Origin: a virus
Lineage: Duplodnaviria; Caudoviricetes
DNA length: 64,000 nucleotides
Direction: 5' to 3' (one strand)
Virus record (IMG/VR): IMGVR_UViG_3300035670_000009
Location: 64,001-128,000 of that record
The translations under genes and the position numbers were made by a program. Shown in pieces: positions 8,705 to 17,712 of this stretch (the first letter of the stretch is position 1; each line of letters begins with the position of its first letter). Below the pieces are notes generated by a model. That model did no database searches, was not told the origin of the DNA, and was given only the letters and a program-made list of their open reading frames with translations.

Positions 8705-9846
8705 CAGAGCACAATCAGCCCGACGGCTGTCTCCGGGAGCGGGAAAAGATAAACGCCAAGCGGACTAAACTGCCTGGGCGTATCAAGCCGCATCACCACG
8801 TTTTCATTGGCGTCGCGCAGTTGGGCGGTCACGTAAGGACCCGTCTTGGAAGTGCGAGCGTCCAGCGTAACGGAATATGGACTTCCGTCAACACTAAGCG
8901 TGACCGAAACTGAGTTGCCAGCGGGGTAGTTGCCAGGTCGATCGAAAACATCCTGGATCGCCGAGATGTGATTCTGCCGATACATTTCGAACAGCACAGG
9001 TTTCGTAAAACGCCCAAAGCGCGCGTCATACAACTGCTCCATTTCGGCGCCAGCGCCCCAGCATGCGGGTGCGTAGACCCTTGCTGCGGCCATTAGATAC
9101 GGCGGCACGTTAACGTAGTCCTCGGGCTGCGCCTTGGCCAGCAAAAACGTCTGCTCGGGGAGACAGACAAACTCGCCGGTCTCCGTGAGAATTTTCATCT
9201 CGCCGCTGTCCGTAGAAGGCAGCGCGATCGCTCCCAGCTGCGGCCCCATACCCGCGCCGTCAGGATATTCGCTCTGCCAATCGAGCAGCTCCGTAACGGG
9301 GCTGCCGTGCGGCGAAAACTTGGCCGGAGAGAAGACCGCCTGCAGGTGCGTGTTCTGCACCAGCGCCGGAGCTTTCTTGCCGGGCGTTGGCAGAGGTTGG
9401 GGCGCAGGGGCAGTCGTGACGGGCCACTGCGTCGGCTCAGCTGCCTGCACAGCAGCCTCGGCCACAAGCTGGTTAAACAGATCCTGGCTGGAGACTTCGG
9501 GCTCGAGCTGCACCACGTTCACAAACTGACGCAGCGCCTCCAGGATAATGGCGTCCCGACGATCAGGCGGAGTGTTCGCATACTCAAAGATATCTTTGAG
9601 CGCGTCGCTGCGAGTCGCCCGTGTCAGCGAAAAATTCAGGCCCGAGAAATCAAAACGGGCCAGCTGCTCAGCCGCTGTGACCAGTTTCGCTCGCGCCATC
9701 AGCGGTTGTTTGGCTTCGCTGCCTGCCAGCCGAAGAACCTCTAGCAATGCTGCAGCGAGCATCAGGCGGTGGCTGTCCTTAGACTTGGGCGCCGCCACCA
9801 TAAGAAAATCATCCAAAACGTTACTTGCGACGCATTCGTCGGACAT
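8704..9846 (-). CDS. hypothetical protein
   Basis: Start re-assigned to MSDECV at 9846; its stop overlaps the hldE start. Confidence 0.65.
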   Translation of the reverse strand: MSDECVASNVLDDFLMVAAPKSKDSHRLMLAAALLEVLRLAGSEAKQPLMARAKLVTAAEQLARFDFSGLNFSLTRATRSDALKDIFEYANTPPDRRDAIILEALRQFVNVVQLEPEVSSQDLFNQLVAEAAVQAAEPTQWPVTTAPAPQPLPTPGKKAPALVQNTHLQAVFSPAKFSPHGSPVTELLDWQSEYPDGAGMGPQLGAIALPSTDSGEMKILTETGEFVCLPEQTFLLAKAQPEDYVNVPPYLMAAARVYAPACWGAGAEMEQLYDARFGRFTKPVLFEMYRQNHISAIQDVFDRPGNYPAGNSVSVTLSVDGSPYSVTLDARTSKTGPYVTAQLRDANENVVMRLDTPRQFSPLGVYLFPLPETAVGLIVL

Positions 9847-10960
9847 CGTCTGCAGTCCCATCGTAAACGGCATCACAGGCAGACAATAAAGCGGGGAAGG
9901 TGTGCCGATACTCCCTGCCGATCGTAATTTGAATCGCCTCGTCGCTTGGTAGCGACCGATCAGTCTGGTACGCAGCCAGCACGTTGTTGAAAAGCCGAGT
10001 GCTTTGCGCGCCGTCATCGGCGGCGATAAATATGCCGCCAGGCGAGCCCGCCATCTGCCGAACCTCTGCGGCAAAAACCAGCATGTCGACGTAACTAGCT
10101 GCGCCCAGCGCGGCCCCCAACGTCGCGGCGTGCGTGGCGGGAAACAAATGGTGCATGCTGTCTCCCAATGTCAAATGAACCGTAGCGGGCCGCTGTAATT
10201 CGTATGCGCGAGCGAGCACGCTCGCCGACCGATTGGACGAGAGCGGAAAGCTCCAACGCCCCAGCGCCTCGCCGTAACCCATGCCGCTCGCGGCCGCGCG
10301 AAGCGCCGCGACATTAAGCGGCGCGAGCTCGCGAAGCCGGTCGTCGTGTGAAGAACGACCGCCTAAAATGGCGCGCTCAAAGTCCCGCATTGCCGCAGCG
10401 CTGGAGAGCGCCACGCCGGTGATATAGCCCTTTTCAAGCATTGTGTTGACGAGGGGCCCGACGTTTTCGGCAATAACCGCGTGCCCCAGAAAAAGCACGA
10501 CGGGCTTGTTGGCACTTCGTGCCGCGTGAATCAACCGCGCGCGCGCAATGTCGTCTTTGCCGGGCGGCACGTCGGCAATAGTCGGAATTGGCGCCGCGCG
10601 AGGCAGCGCGTATTGCACCTGAAACGTGTCAAGGTGCTGGTGCGAGCTGACGATGTCGGTTGCCAGCGTCAACGGCGGAGCAGCCGCCGGATCTTCTGCT
10701 GGCTGCATGGGCCCAGTACCGCAAAACAACCACTCGGCCCGCGCAAAACCCAGCTTCACAACGCGCAGCAGAACGGGCATCCCAAAAGAATGCTCGCCAG
10801 CCAACGCGTCACGAAAACGATATTTTTGCACCCCGACGCGTTTGCCGAATGCTGAAATGTTGCCGCCAAACGCGAACTCACACAAGTAATTCATCCGCAG
10901 TCGAATCGCGTTTGTCCCCTCCAGCTTGTTCGGGCGATAAGGTGCTCGACGCCTCACCAT
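9821..10960 (-). CDS. Cro/CI-type HTH fused to a deoxyhypusine-synthase-like (DHS-like) domain
   Basis: N-terminal 'GGNISAFGKRVGV..AEWLFCGTGPM' resembles a repressor HTH. C-terminal 'PVVLFLGHAVI..GYITGVA..DFERA..MGYGEALG..SVLARAYELQRPATVHLTLGDSMHH' resembles an uncharacterised DHS-like family. Confidence 0.6.
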   Translation of the reverse strand: MVRRRAPYRPNKLEGTNAIRLRMNYLCEFAFGGNISAFGKRVGVQKYRFRDALAGEHSFGMPVLLRVVKLGFARAEWLFCGTGPMQPAEDPAAAPPLTLATDIVSSHQHLDTFQVQYALPRAAPIPTIADVPPGKDDIARARLIHAARSANKPVVLFLGHAVIAENVGPLVNTMLEKGYITGVALSSAAAMRDFERAILGGRSSHDDRLRELAPLNVAALRAAASGMGYGEALGRWSFPLSSNRSASVLARAYELQRPATVHLTLGDSMHHLFPATHAATLGAALGAASYVDMLVFAAEVRQMAGSPGGIFIAADDGAQSTRLFNNVLAAYQTDRSLPSDEAIQITIGREYRHTFPALLSACDAVYDGTADDVRRMRRK

Positions 10961-11918
10961 GCTTTTTGTCTTTCTTAAAAGCCCGCAAAAGTCCGTCGCC
11001 GCAGGTGCGAAACACGCCAGTTCCACTCAACAAGCGCAGACTATATCCGGCCTGCAGATAAACACCTGTCAACTCCAGATACGACGTCAGCAACCCGGCC
11101 GGATACTCGACGAACCGCCCGAGTAATTCACAGAGCGCGGTGTCGTCTTCTAGTTTTGCAGAAGAAAAGAACACTGTCTTGGACCCGCGCCACTTGACCC
11201 ACGGAAGTGCTTTCTTAGAAGGCCGAGTTAGGATGAGCTGCCGAACCTCGACATTCCACCCTGCATCCTGCGGGTCAACGACGACGCGCCAGCTTGAACC
11301 GGTCGTTTTGCGCTGCAACGCTTTTGTCAGCTGTTGGTACGCCTGTTTCTGCTGCGTTAACACGGCGTGTAACGCGCGAGCATGTGCGCGAATTTCTTCG
11401 TCATTGAAACCGTTCGCCGAATGAAATCCGCGAGCTGGCACAAAATACGAGATTACCCGGCAGAACAAAACCAAGTCGTCTTGCGTCTTGCGCGCGCAGC
11501 TTAACCGCCGTTTGATGCGCCGATAGATAAAAGAAGACAGGCGCCCCCAACAAAATGGACAGACCTTGTGTTGTTTACAAGGTCGAATGCGCCGCGTGTT
11601 TCCGTTCTTGAAATACACACTCGTCGGTCGACAGTTCATCACGCGACGCAGTGTCAGCAATCGCGACGTGCGCGTGGCGTCTGCGCCGCCCGGGATCCAC
11701 ATGCGATAAATTGCCAGCTGTTTCACGCGCGTGAACCAAAGCCAATGCAATTTGTTAATCATCCGGATGACGAAACCATATTCCATTTCACGTTGATGCC
11801 GCCGTTTTCCGGATGCCGGATAAAGCACGTGCCGAATGGAAAACTGCTGACTTGCGCGCGTGCTCATACGAACGATGCGCCAATCCTGCATCCGGTCTTG
11901 TTCCATACCAAACAGCAC
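10878..11918 (-). CDS. hypothetical protein with CxxxxxCPxC cluster, possibly a degenerate rolling-circle Rep-like protein
   Basis: GTG start with AAGGAGG; contains RPCKQHKVCPFCW; no HxH motif is visible. Confidence 0.45.
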   Translation of the reverse strand: MLFGMEQDRMQDWRIVRMSTRASQQFSIRHVLYPASGKRRHQREMEYGFVIRMINKLHWLWFTRVKQLAIYRMWIPGGADATRTSRLLTLRRVMNCRPTSVYFKNGNTRRIRPCKQHKVCPFCWGRLSSFIYRRIKRRLSCARKTQDDLVLFCRVISYFVPARGFHSANGFNDEEIRAHARALHAVLTQQKQAYQQLTKALQRKTTGSSWRVVVDPQDAGWNVEVRQLILTRPSKKALPWVKWRGSKTVFFSSAKLEDDTALCELLGRFVEYPAGLLTSYLELTGVYLQAGYSLRLLSGTGVFRTCGDGLLRAFKKDKKHGEASSTLSPEQAGGDKRDSTADELLV

Positions 11919-11936
11919 ACAGCCTCCTTGCTATTT

Positions 11937-12209
11937 TCAATCAGGATAACACGCGCGAATCTCTTCCAGTTCCTTTACGGCGCGAGACATCAAACCGTGT
12001 TGTTCGTTTTCGTCCGCGGTATCGTTTCGGCTGCCCGCAGACCCGCGGCACTGCAACCAAGGCCAGTCCCAGACGTAGTCTTCGTATATTTCGCTTTCGT
12101 AACGCGATACGCCGTCACGAACCTCGACTAATACCAATCGCGTGCGAACAATCCAGCGTTTCTTGGGCCACGGTTGATGCGGCCGCGAAGTGATGCAACA
12201 CAGGCTCAT
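11937..12209 (-). CDS. hypothetical protein
   Basis: Start re-assigned to MSLCC at 12209, downstream of the tRNA. Confidence 0.5.
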   Translation of the reverse strand: MSLCCITSRPHQPWPKKRWIVRTRLVLVEVRDGVSRYESEIYEDYVWDWPWLQCRGSAGSRNDTADENEQHGLMSRAVKELEEIRACYPD

Positions 12210-12233
12210 AGCTATTCCTTGCTGCGCCAGGTT

Positions 12234-12304
12234 GTGCCCAGCCGGGAATCGAACCCGGGGCCTCCGACTTACAATGTCGGACTCTGCCACTGAGCTACTG
12301 GGCG
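12234..12304 (-). tRNA. tRNA-Thr(UGU)-like; C1:A72 mismatch, no encoded CCA
   Basis: CGCCCAG-TA-GCTC-AGTGGCA-GAGT-CCGAC-ATTGTAA-GTCGG-AGGCC-CCGGG-TTCGATT-CCCGG-CTGGGCA-C folds into a full cloverleaf. Confidence 0.85.
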
Positions 12305-12340
12305 CGCCTGGTCAAACGCATTTATCGCGCCTGCTGCGCG

Positions 12341-12847
12341 CTAGTCGGCCGCGGCTTGGCCGCCGTCGTGGTTGTGCGGGCCAGATTCTTGGTTTTGCTG
12401 CTCATCTTCGAGTCCTTCTTTTGATGCAAGCTCTGCCTGTCGCGCTGTAATTCGTTCCTGAATCAACGTCACGCCAGTTTCAATACTCGAAACTTCGACG
12501 TACGGCAGAATTTCACACAGGTGCTTGAATTTTGACGCACCTACTGCGGCGACGTTGATTTCGCCTGGTTCTTGATTGGAAAACTCTGCCATGTTAGCGA
12601 TCGCAAACGCTACGGCCTTGTCAGTGAACACCAGAATTTTGTTGTCTTTGTCCGAGAAGAAACTGGTGCCGCGGGCGTTAGTTATGACCCACCGCGCGGC
12701 TTCCTCACCGTCGTCGATATAGCCGACAGATCGAACATGGGCCGCCGGAGCTGCGCCAGCTGAGCAGCACTTTTTAAACTTCAAACCGCTGCCACACGGA
12801 CAGCGTTCATTGCGGCGGGGAATGTCGAATCGTCTGCGAATGGTCAT
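12341..12847 (-). CDS. SEC-C motif protein
   Basis: N-terminal RNERCPCGSGLKFKKCC. Confidence 0.85.
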   Translation of the reverse strand: MTIRRRFDIPRRNERCPCGSGLKFKKCCSAGAAPAAHVRSVGYIDDGEEAARWVITNARGTSFFSDKDNKILVFTDKAVAFAIANMAEFSNQEPGEINVAAVGASKFKHLCEILPYVEVSSIETGVTLIQERITARQAELASKEGLEDEQQNQESGPHNHDGGQAAAD

Positions 12848-13116
12848 GTGGGCCTCTTGATAAACAAAGGACCGTTTTCGCCCACGTAGGCGCCCAGCGT
12901 GTTAAAACACAAAAACTCGTCGGCTTCTTCGTCGCTAATTCCGTCGCGCTCGCAAAGCAGCGCGATGCACCGGTCGTAGTCGTAAACGGCCACGACTGCG
13001 TGGTGCTGATTGAGCGTGAATCCGAGATAGGCGTCTTCGAGCCCGTCGGCGAGCAAAGCCTCGGGATGCGCTTCACGCAATTCGGCGAACGGATCAGCTT
13101 CCGGCTGACAAGCCAT
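12844..13116 (-). CDS. conserved small phage hypothetical protein
   Basis: Start re-assigned to MACQPE; 'ADGLEDAYLG..AVYDYDRC..EEADEFLCFNTLGAYVGENGP' pattern recalled from aquatic phages. Confidence 0.65.
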   Translation of the reverse strand: MACQPEADPFAELREAHPEALLADGLEDAYLGFTLNQHHAVVAVYDYDRCIALLCERDGISDEEADEFLCFNTLGAYVGENGPLFIKRPT

Positions 13117-13278
13117 GGGAGTCCTTCCGTGGAGAGTTGATGATCCTACCGCGCCGGATTTGCGCGTCAAGTTTTGCAAGCAACAGGCGGGCAAAATTCC
13201 GGCGCATTCTTCTGGCCGCGACCGAAAGCCCCGCGTTGGTATTTGCTAGTCGGGCGCGGGCGCTCTTGCGCAACGCCA

Positions 13279-13521
13279 TCAGTCGTCGTCCTCGGCGAAT
13301 ACTTCAACATCGTCCCACTCAAACTGGTCAAAAAGCCAATCAGGCCCGTCGTTTTCGTCGAAAGCCAACATCGGCCGATCGTAGCCATTGTCGTCAGCTG
13401 CGCTTTCAGCCAGTTCGTAATGCTCGCCGTTGTCGTAAGCAGATTGCGTGCACTCGACTTTACAAGCGAAAAAACCAGGTCCGTCTGTGGTCATAGCAGC
13501 GACCACGCATTTGATGGTCAT
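13279..13521 (-). CDS. hypothetical acidic protein
   Basis: 80-aa ORF with GGAGA RBS. Confidence 0.65.
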   Translation of the reverse strand: MTIKCVVAAMTTDGPGFFACKVECTQSAYDNGEHYELAESAADDNGYDRPMLAFDENDGPDWLFDQFEWDDVEVFAEDDD

Positions 13522-13783
13522 GACGCAATGTTCTCCATGTGTCTGCGCCAGCGAGTGGCGCTGTGGTTGTTGTAGTCCGGCGTAGCGGTGCCGGAAACGC
13601 GCGGATAGATATCAATCGGCGAGGCACAAAACGGACGTGTCATCGATTCTGCAAGAAAAAACACGCCGCAAATCCTTGAAGGCGCTCAAGTTGCGGCGCA
13701 ACCCTTACAAAAATGTTGTCCGATTTGACCTGACCTCGTTGACTCACTTCGTGAGTCATAAAGGGTTAAGACTGGGAAGGGAA

Positions 13784-13807
13784 AGGCAGGGTGTGAAAAC
13801 CCTGCCT
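13784..13807 (-). terminator. 9-bp hairpin just downstream of hldD, possible terminator
   Basis: AGGCAGGGT/ACCCTGCCT with a 6-nt loop; pyrimidine tract but weak U-run on the minus strand. Confidence 0.4.
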
Positions 13808-13835
13808 ATTCCCCCCACCCTATTAGACAAGACAA

Positions 13836-14780
13836 TCAAGACAATCTGCTGTGTCCCCAGTATTTCTCGATGCCTTTGGACAGCGACAAGAATTCTTTGG
13901 TGTACCCTGCTGCTCGCAGTCGAGTTAGGCTAGCTTGCGTGCGAAACTGATACTGGTTGCGAAGTTCTTTTGGCATCGGAATCCAAGCGCACTCAGCGCC
14001 GAATTTGTTGCGCTGCTGCACTGAAATAGCGTTGAAGGCCAACTCATCGAATAAATCGTAAAACGATTGCGCCTGACCAGTTCCAACGTTGTAGATCCCC
14101 GAGGGCGCCTCTTTCAGTGCCCACAGGACGACTTGTACAACGTCGTCGATATAGACAAAATCCCGAAAGATATCTTTGCTCCCTGCGAAAAGCGTTGGTT
14201 TTTCGCCGTTGTTTACTTGCTGGATCAAGTGGTACGCCACGCTGGCTAGCCGACCTTTGTGTTCTTCGCCTGGACCGTACACATTAAAGTACCGCAGGCC
14301 GACCACTCTGTTGACCGCCTGTGTCAATCGACCGCGGACGTACTCGTCAAACGCCCACTTCGAGATAGCGTAAGGCGTTGTCGGGTGTTCGTATTCAGGC
14401 GATTCGATGCACTGGGGTCTACCAGGACCATAAACCGCAGCGCTCGAAGCGTAGATCAGCGGACAATTTGACGCCTGCGCCAGGTCGAACAGATCCACCG
14501 AAAAACTGTAATTGGCCAGCATGATGTTGCGACCGTTTGACTCGGTGGTGTCCGAGTTTGCGCCCTGGTGAATAATCGCACTAAGCTCGGCTTCGCGCGT
14601 TTTACCTTTTCCCAGGTCGCGATAGTCGCAATAGTAGTAAAACTTACTACCGGCGAGGTTTTGCATCTTGCGCCCATCGGTCAAATCGTCGACGCAAATA
14701 ATGTCGTCGCGACCTTGATCGTTGAGGGCCTTCAAGATATTTGAGCCAATAAAGCCAGCAGCTCCGGTGAGTAGGATCAT
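13836..14780 (-). CDS. hldD: ADP-L-glycero-D-manno-heptose 6-epimerase
   Basis: MILLTGAAGFIGSNILKALN..DDLTDGRK, HQGANSDTTE, YASSAAVYG, YAISK, LRYFNVYGPGEEHKGRLASV, RDFVYIDDV. Confidence 0.93.
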   Translation of the reverse strand: MILLTGAAGFIGSNILKALNDQGRDDIICVDDLTDGRKMQNLAGSKFYYYCDYRDLGKGKTREAELSAIIHQGANSDTTESNGRNIMLANYSFSVDLFDLAQASNCPLIYASSAAVYGPGRPQCIESPEYEHPTTPYAISKWAFDEYVRGRLTQAVNRVVGLRYFNVYGPGEEHKGRLASVAYHLIQQVNNGEKPTLFAGSKDIFRDFVYIDDVVQVVLWALKEAPSGIYNVGTGQAQSFYDLFDELAFNAISVQQRNKFGAECAWIPMPKELRNQYQFRTQASLTRLRAAGYTKEFLSLSKGIEKYWGHSRLS

Positions 14781-14801
14781 TTTTTCTCCGCGTCAAACAA
14801 C

Positions 14802-15035
14802 TCAAATTTCTGCCATTTCATTGTCGTTTTCTTCATTGTCGTCTTCAGTTTCTGCGTCATCCTCGAGCTCTGTCGTGTCAAACAGCTCGCACGCGGTGAG
14901 CATGTCGTTGTCGCTCAAATCGTCCAATCGTGCAAGCAGCGCGTTGCGCAAATCCAGCCCAGAAAGATCTAAACCGTCTTCTCTGGCGCTGACGATTTCA
15001 AAAGACAACGTGTACGTGTGTTCAAACTTTGGCAT
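14802..15035 (-). CDS. hypothetical acidic protein
   Basis: 77-aa ORF in a coupled series. Confidence 0.6.
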   Translation of the reverse strand: MPKFEHTYTLSFEIVSAREDGLDLSGLDLRNALLARLDDLSDNDMLTACELFDTTELEDDAETEDDNEENDNEMAEI

Positions 15036-15474
15036 TGGTGTCCTCTTCTAACGACGGCAACATTTTGGCCATGTAATCGACAAAATGATCGCGAAGGTCT
15101 TCGGCTTTGTAATAGTCACCGCAAATACGCGCTCGGCCGCCAACAACAAAACGCACAGCGCCTTTGTCAGTGACTGTTACATACCACGCGACTTTTATTG
15201 CGCCGTCCCAGTCGGTGAGATAAAGAGACGTTGGCGTGACCTGTATAGCGTGCGCTTCAAGCGGCACAAGCGGGCGATTATCGTTGTGCTCTCGGCTGCC
15301 GCTGCCGCGCCAGTCTGGTACTTTTAAGTGCTTGATCTGTTCCCAGATATTCAAAATTTCTGTGGCAGCAAACCCGTCAATACCGGCCTGTTCGCGTTCT
15401 TTGGCCAGCTTTTCCGCCGCGGCTTTGGCCGCTGCCAGTTCGCGTTGCTTATTCCGAATTAGTTCAATGCTCAT
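15022..15474 (-). CDS. hypothetical protein
   Basis: 150 aa; ATGA overlap with the upstream ORF. Confidence 0.65.
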   Translation of the reverse strand: MSIELIRNKQRELAAAKAAAEKLAKEREQAGIDGFAATEILNIWEQIKHLKVPDWRGSGSREHNDNRPLVPLEAHAIQVTPTSLYLTDWDGAIKVAWYVTVTDKGAVRFVVGGRARICGDYYKAEDLRDHFVDYMAKMLPSLEEDTNAKV

Positions 15475-15794
15475 ACGTAAGTGTTTCCGGCTGCGCGCTC
15501 TGCTAGCACGTTGTTTACGCTGCGGGCAAATTCGCTATGCGGCGGCAAAATGTCCCAGATTTTCATTTCGACATCGATAGCGAAATAGTCGCCCGCGTGG
15601 TCGAAAACGCAACGTACATGCGGCGCACAGCGCTCGCCCGCTTTGTGCTCGTGCAGGAGCGTGTACTTAGGTGTGTAGAACCCGTCGGGCAGGTTTGCGA
15701 GAAACGATACGCTAGTCGCGCGGTTGTAGCCCAGCTCAAGTGCGCGCGCATTGGCGCGCTCAAGTAGGCCTTTAGTGAAAACACGGGGCTCCAT
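15471..15794 (-). CDS. hypothetical protein
   Basis: 107 aa in a coupled series. Confidence 0.65.
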   Translation of the reverse strand: MEPRVFTKGLLERANARALELGYNRATSVSFLANLPDGFYTPKYTLLHEHKAGERCAPHVRCVFDHAGDYFAIDVEMKIWDILPPHSEFARSVNNVLAERAAGNTYV

Positions 15795-15800
15795 AGATAT

Positions 15801-16265
15801 TTATTCCGCCGTCTGGGCGGCCTCCTTTTTCTTCTTGGCTTCTTCTTCCCACAGCTTCTTGAGCTGGTCGCGGACTACCAGGTCGTGCCCGGCCTGTATC
15901 TGCGCCAGCTCACGCAGCGTCTCTTTTTCCCAGGGCGTGTTGACCGAAAGATTGTCTGGCCAACTGGCGTACTCTTCAGCGTTTTCAGGGCTGAATCCGT
16001 TCGCGATGAGAATGCGCTGCACGTTGTTGCAAAACAACCGCTCGGCGTGCTGCGCGTTTTTAACGAACTCTTTGTCGACGTCCAGGTTGTCTTCAGCAGC
16101 AATTCTGTAACGGTAGATTGCCTCAGCGAGAGCGTTGACAATTTCGGCCGTGCTGCCGCAGTCGTTTTCAAATGCCCCGGCAAACAGGTCATAGATGATC
16201 TCGCGCGTGTGCTCGGGATCGAATTCGTTATCGTGTCGCATGATGTAAGCAAGTCGGGCGGTCAT
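15801..16265 (-). CDS. hypothetical protein
   Basis: 154 aa; ATGA overlap with the upstream ORF. Confidence 0.65.
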   Translation of the reverse strand: MTARLAYIMRHDNEFDPEHTREIIYDLFAGAFENDCGSTAEIVNALAEAIYRYRIAAEDNLDVDKEFVKNAQHAERLFCNNVQRILIANGFSPENAEEYASWPDNLSVNTPWEKETLRELAQIQAGHDLVVRDQLKKLWEEEAKKKKEAAQTAE

Positions 16266-16648
16266 GCAACCTCCATTGGTTGTTCAACTAAAGTCAAGTT
16301 TTCTTCAGCCAGCACAACGTTTACGATCCGCATAATATGCGGGTCGCGCCGTTCGCACTCCATACGGACTTGATCAGCCAGCATTAAAATGCGTTTTTCG
16401 CTGTACCTTTTGGCTTCTGAAATAAGCGCTTTTCGGCCATGAAACAACAGCGTCTTTTCGATTGTGCTGCCCTGATACTCTTCTGTTTCAATTGGCGTAA
16501 AGTGCATGTAAAAACCGCGCGCGTTGTTGCGATTGTCGAAATAATTAACGCCGCCGTCTTCGTAGCCGACAGATACCTTGATGAATTTGATCGGTTCTGT
16601 GGTTGGAAAACGGTGCACGGTAATACTTCGTTTGCCGCTGCGGGCCAT
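16262..16648 (-). CDS. hypothetical protein
   Basis: 128 aa with AGGAG RBS. Confidence 0.65.
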   Translation of the reverse strand: MARSGKRSITVHRFPTTEPIKFIKVSVGYEDGGVNYFDNRNNARGFYMHFTPIETEEYQGSTIEKTLLFHGRKALISEAKRYSEKRILMLADQVRMECERRDPHIMRIVNVVLAEENLTLVEQPMEVA

Positions 16649-16680
16649 CGTGAGTTTCTCCTAGCGCGTGTCGTCGTTGC

Positions 16681-16992
16681 TCAAACGGGGGCGGACTGCG
16701 AGCATTCCGTATTCTCAGGCGCTACGGCCACGATTGGCGGAGCCATCTGCGCACGAAACGTCTCTACGATTGGCGTCAATTTGTCGTAGAGCGCCAATAC
16801 TTCATCGTAGTTCATAAACACGCGAACACTCGTTGGGCCGTCGTATTTGCCTTCGGATAACACGATGTAGTTGTAGCGTGGCCCGACTTTTGAATTTTGT
16901 GACGCGCGCACATCAGGATTAAAGTTGTGAATGTCATATGCGGTTTGTGTTGCATCAGATTTGACATACACGCTCAACGGCATGATCGGCAT
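16681..16992 (-). CDS. hypothetical protein
   Basis: 103 aa with AGGAGG RBS. Confidence 0.65.
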   Translation of the reverse strand: MPIMPLSVYVKSDATQTAYDIHNFNPDVRASQNSKVGPRYNYIVLSEGKYDGPTSVRVFMNYDEVLALYDKLTPIVETFRAQMAPPIVAVAPENTECSQSAPV

Positions 16993-17105
16993 AAAACCTC
17001 CTAGTGGCTCGTGTAAACGGGTTCGGCGCGGGTGTAGTCTTTGGCGCAGGCCGCGTACACACGGGCCCGGCCAAAGATATCTATCGCGGACGGCGTCCTC
17101 AAGAC

Positions 17106-17687
17106 TCAGTCGAGAACGCGCTGAATGCGCTGCGCTTCGTCAAGCGTGCGCTGAAAGATGACGCGATACGTGCCGCAGGGCAACTGCCAGTCTCCGTGTT
17201 CGGGATGAACCACGGTGTTGGGCTGCGACAGCTTGAAAATGGGACCAGCCATCAGCACGGCCTCTTCAAGCGCCGCGCGCTCTTCGCTGTAATCAAGCCG
17301 CCAGCTCATGATCTGACCGGAACGGGGCATCTTGACGCCGTGCTTGGCGTAAACGTGCTTTGCGACAGCTTCGTCGGTCTGTACGGGGAGCCACATCTCG
17401 ACTCCGTCGGCGCTTGCCAGGCAGTGCCGTGAGCCCTTGGTATTGCCCGGAGCCAGCTGAAGAACCGGCTGGTCGACACGAGCGTAGATATGCGCAGGGA
17501 TCTGGACATCGTCGCTGCCCAGAAACTGGATTACGACGTCGCCCTGGCGGACCGCGTCGCCGACGCTGGCGGCATCTGAAAAAATCTGCAGGCCGTCATT
17601 CTTGACGGCTTCAACAGCCCTGGCGATATCGCTGAGGGTTTTGGTAATAGCTGTAGTCTTCTTCTTGGACAGAGTTGCAGTGGCCAT
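17106..17687 (-). CDS. conserved partner of DUF6745-like proteins (HPEH motif)
   Basis: Start re-assigned to MATATL; RQGDV..LAPGNTKGSRH..HPEHGDWQLPCGTYRV..QR. Confidence 0.65.
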   Translation of the reverse strand: MATATLSKKKTTAITKTLSDIARAVEAVKNDGLQIFSDAASVGDAVRQGDVVIQFLGSDDVQIPAHIYARVDQPVLQLAPGNTKGSRHCLASADGVEMWLPVQTDEAVAKHVYAKHGVKMPRSGQIMSWRLDYSEERAALEEAVLMAGPIFKLSQPNTVVHPEHGDWQLPCGTYRVIFQRTLDEAQRIQRVLD

Positions 17688-17712
17688 GGGTAGGCTTTCC
17701 TTGTAAGAGTGC

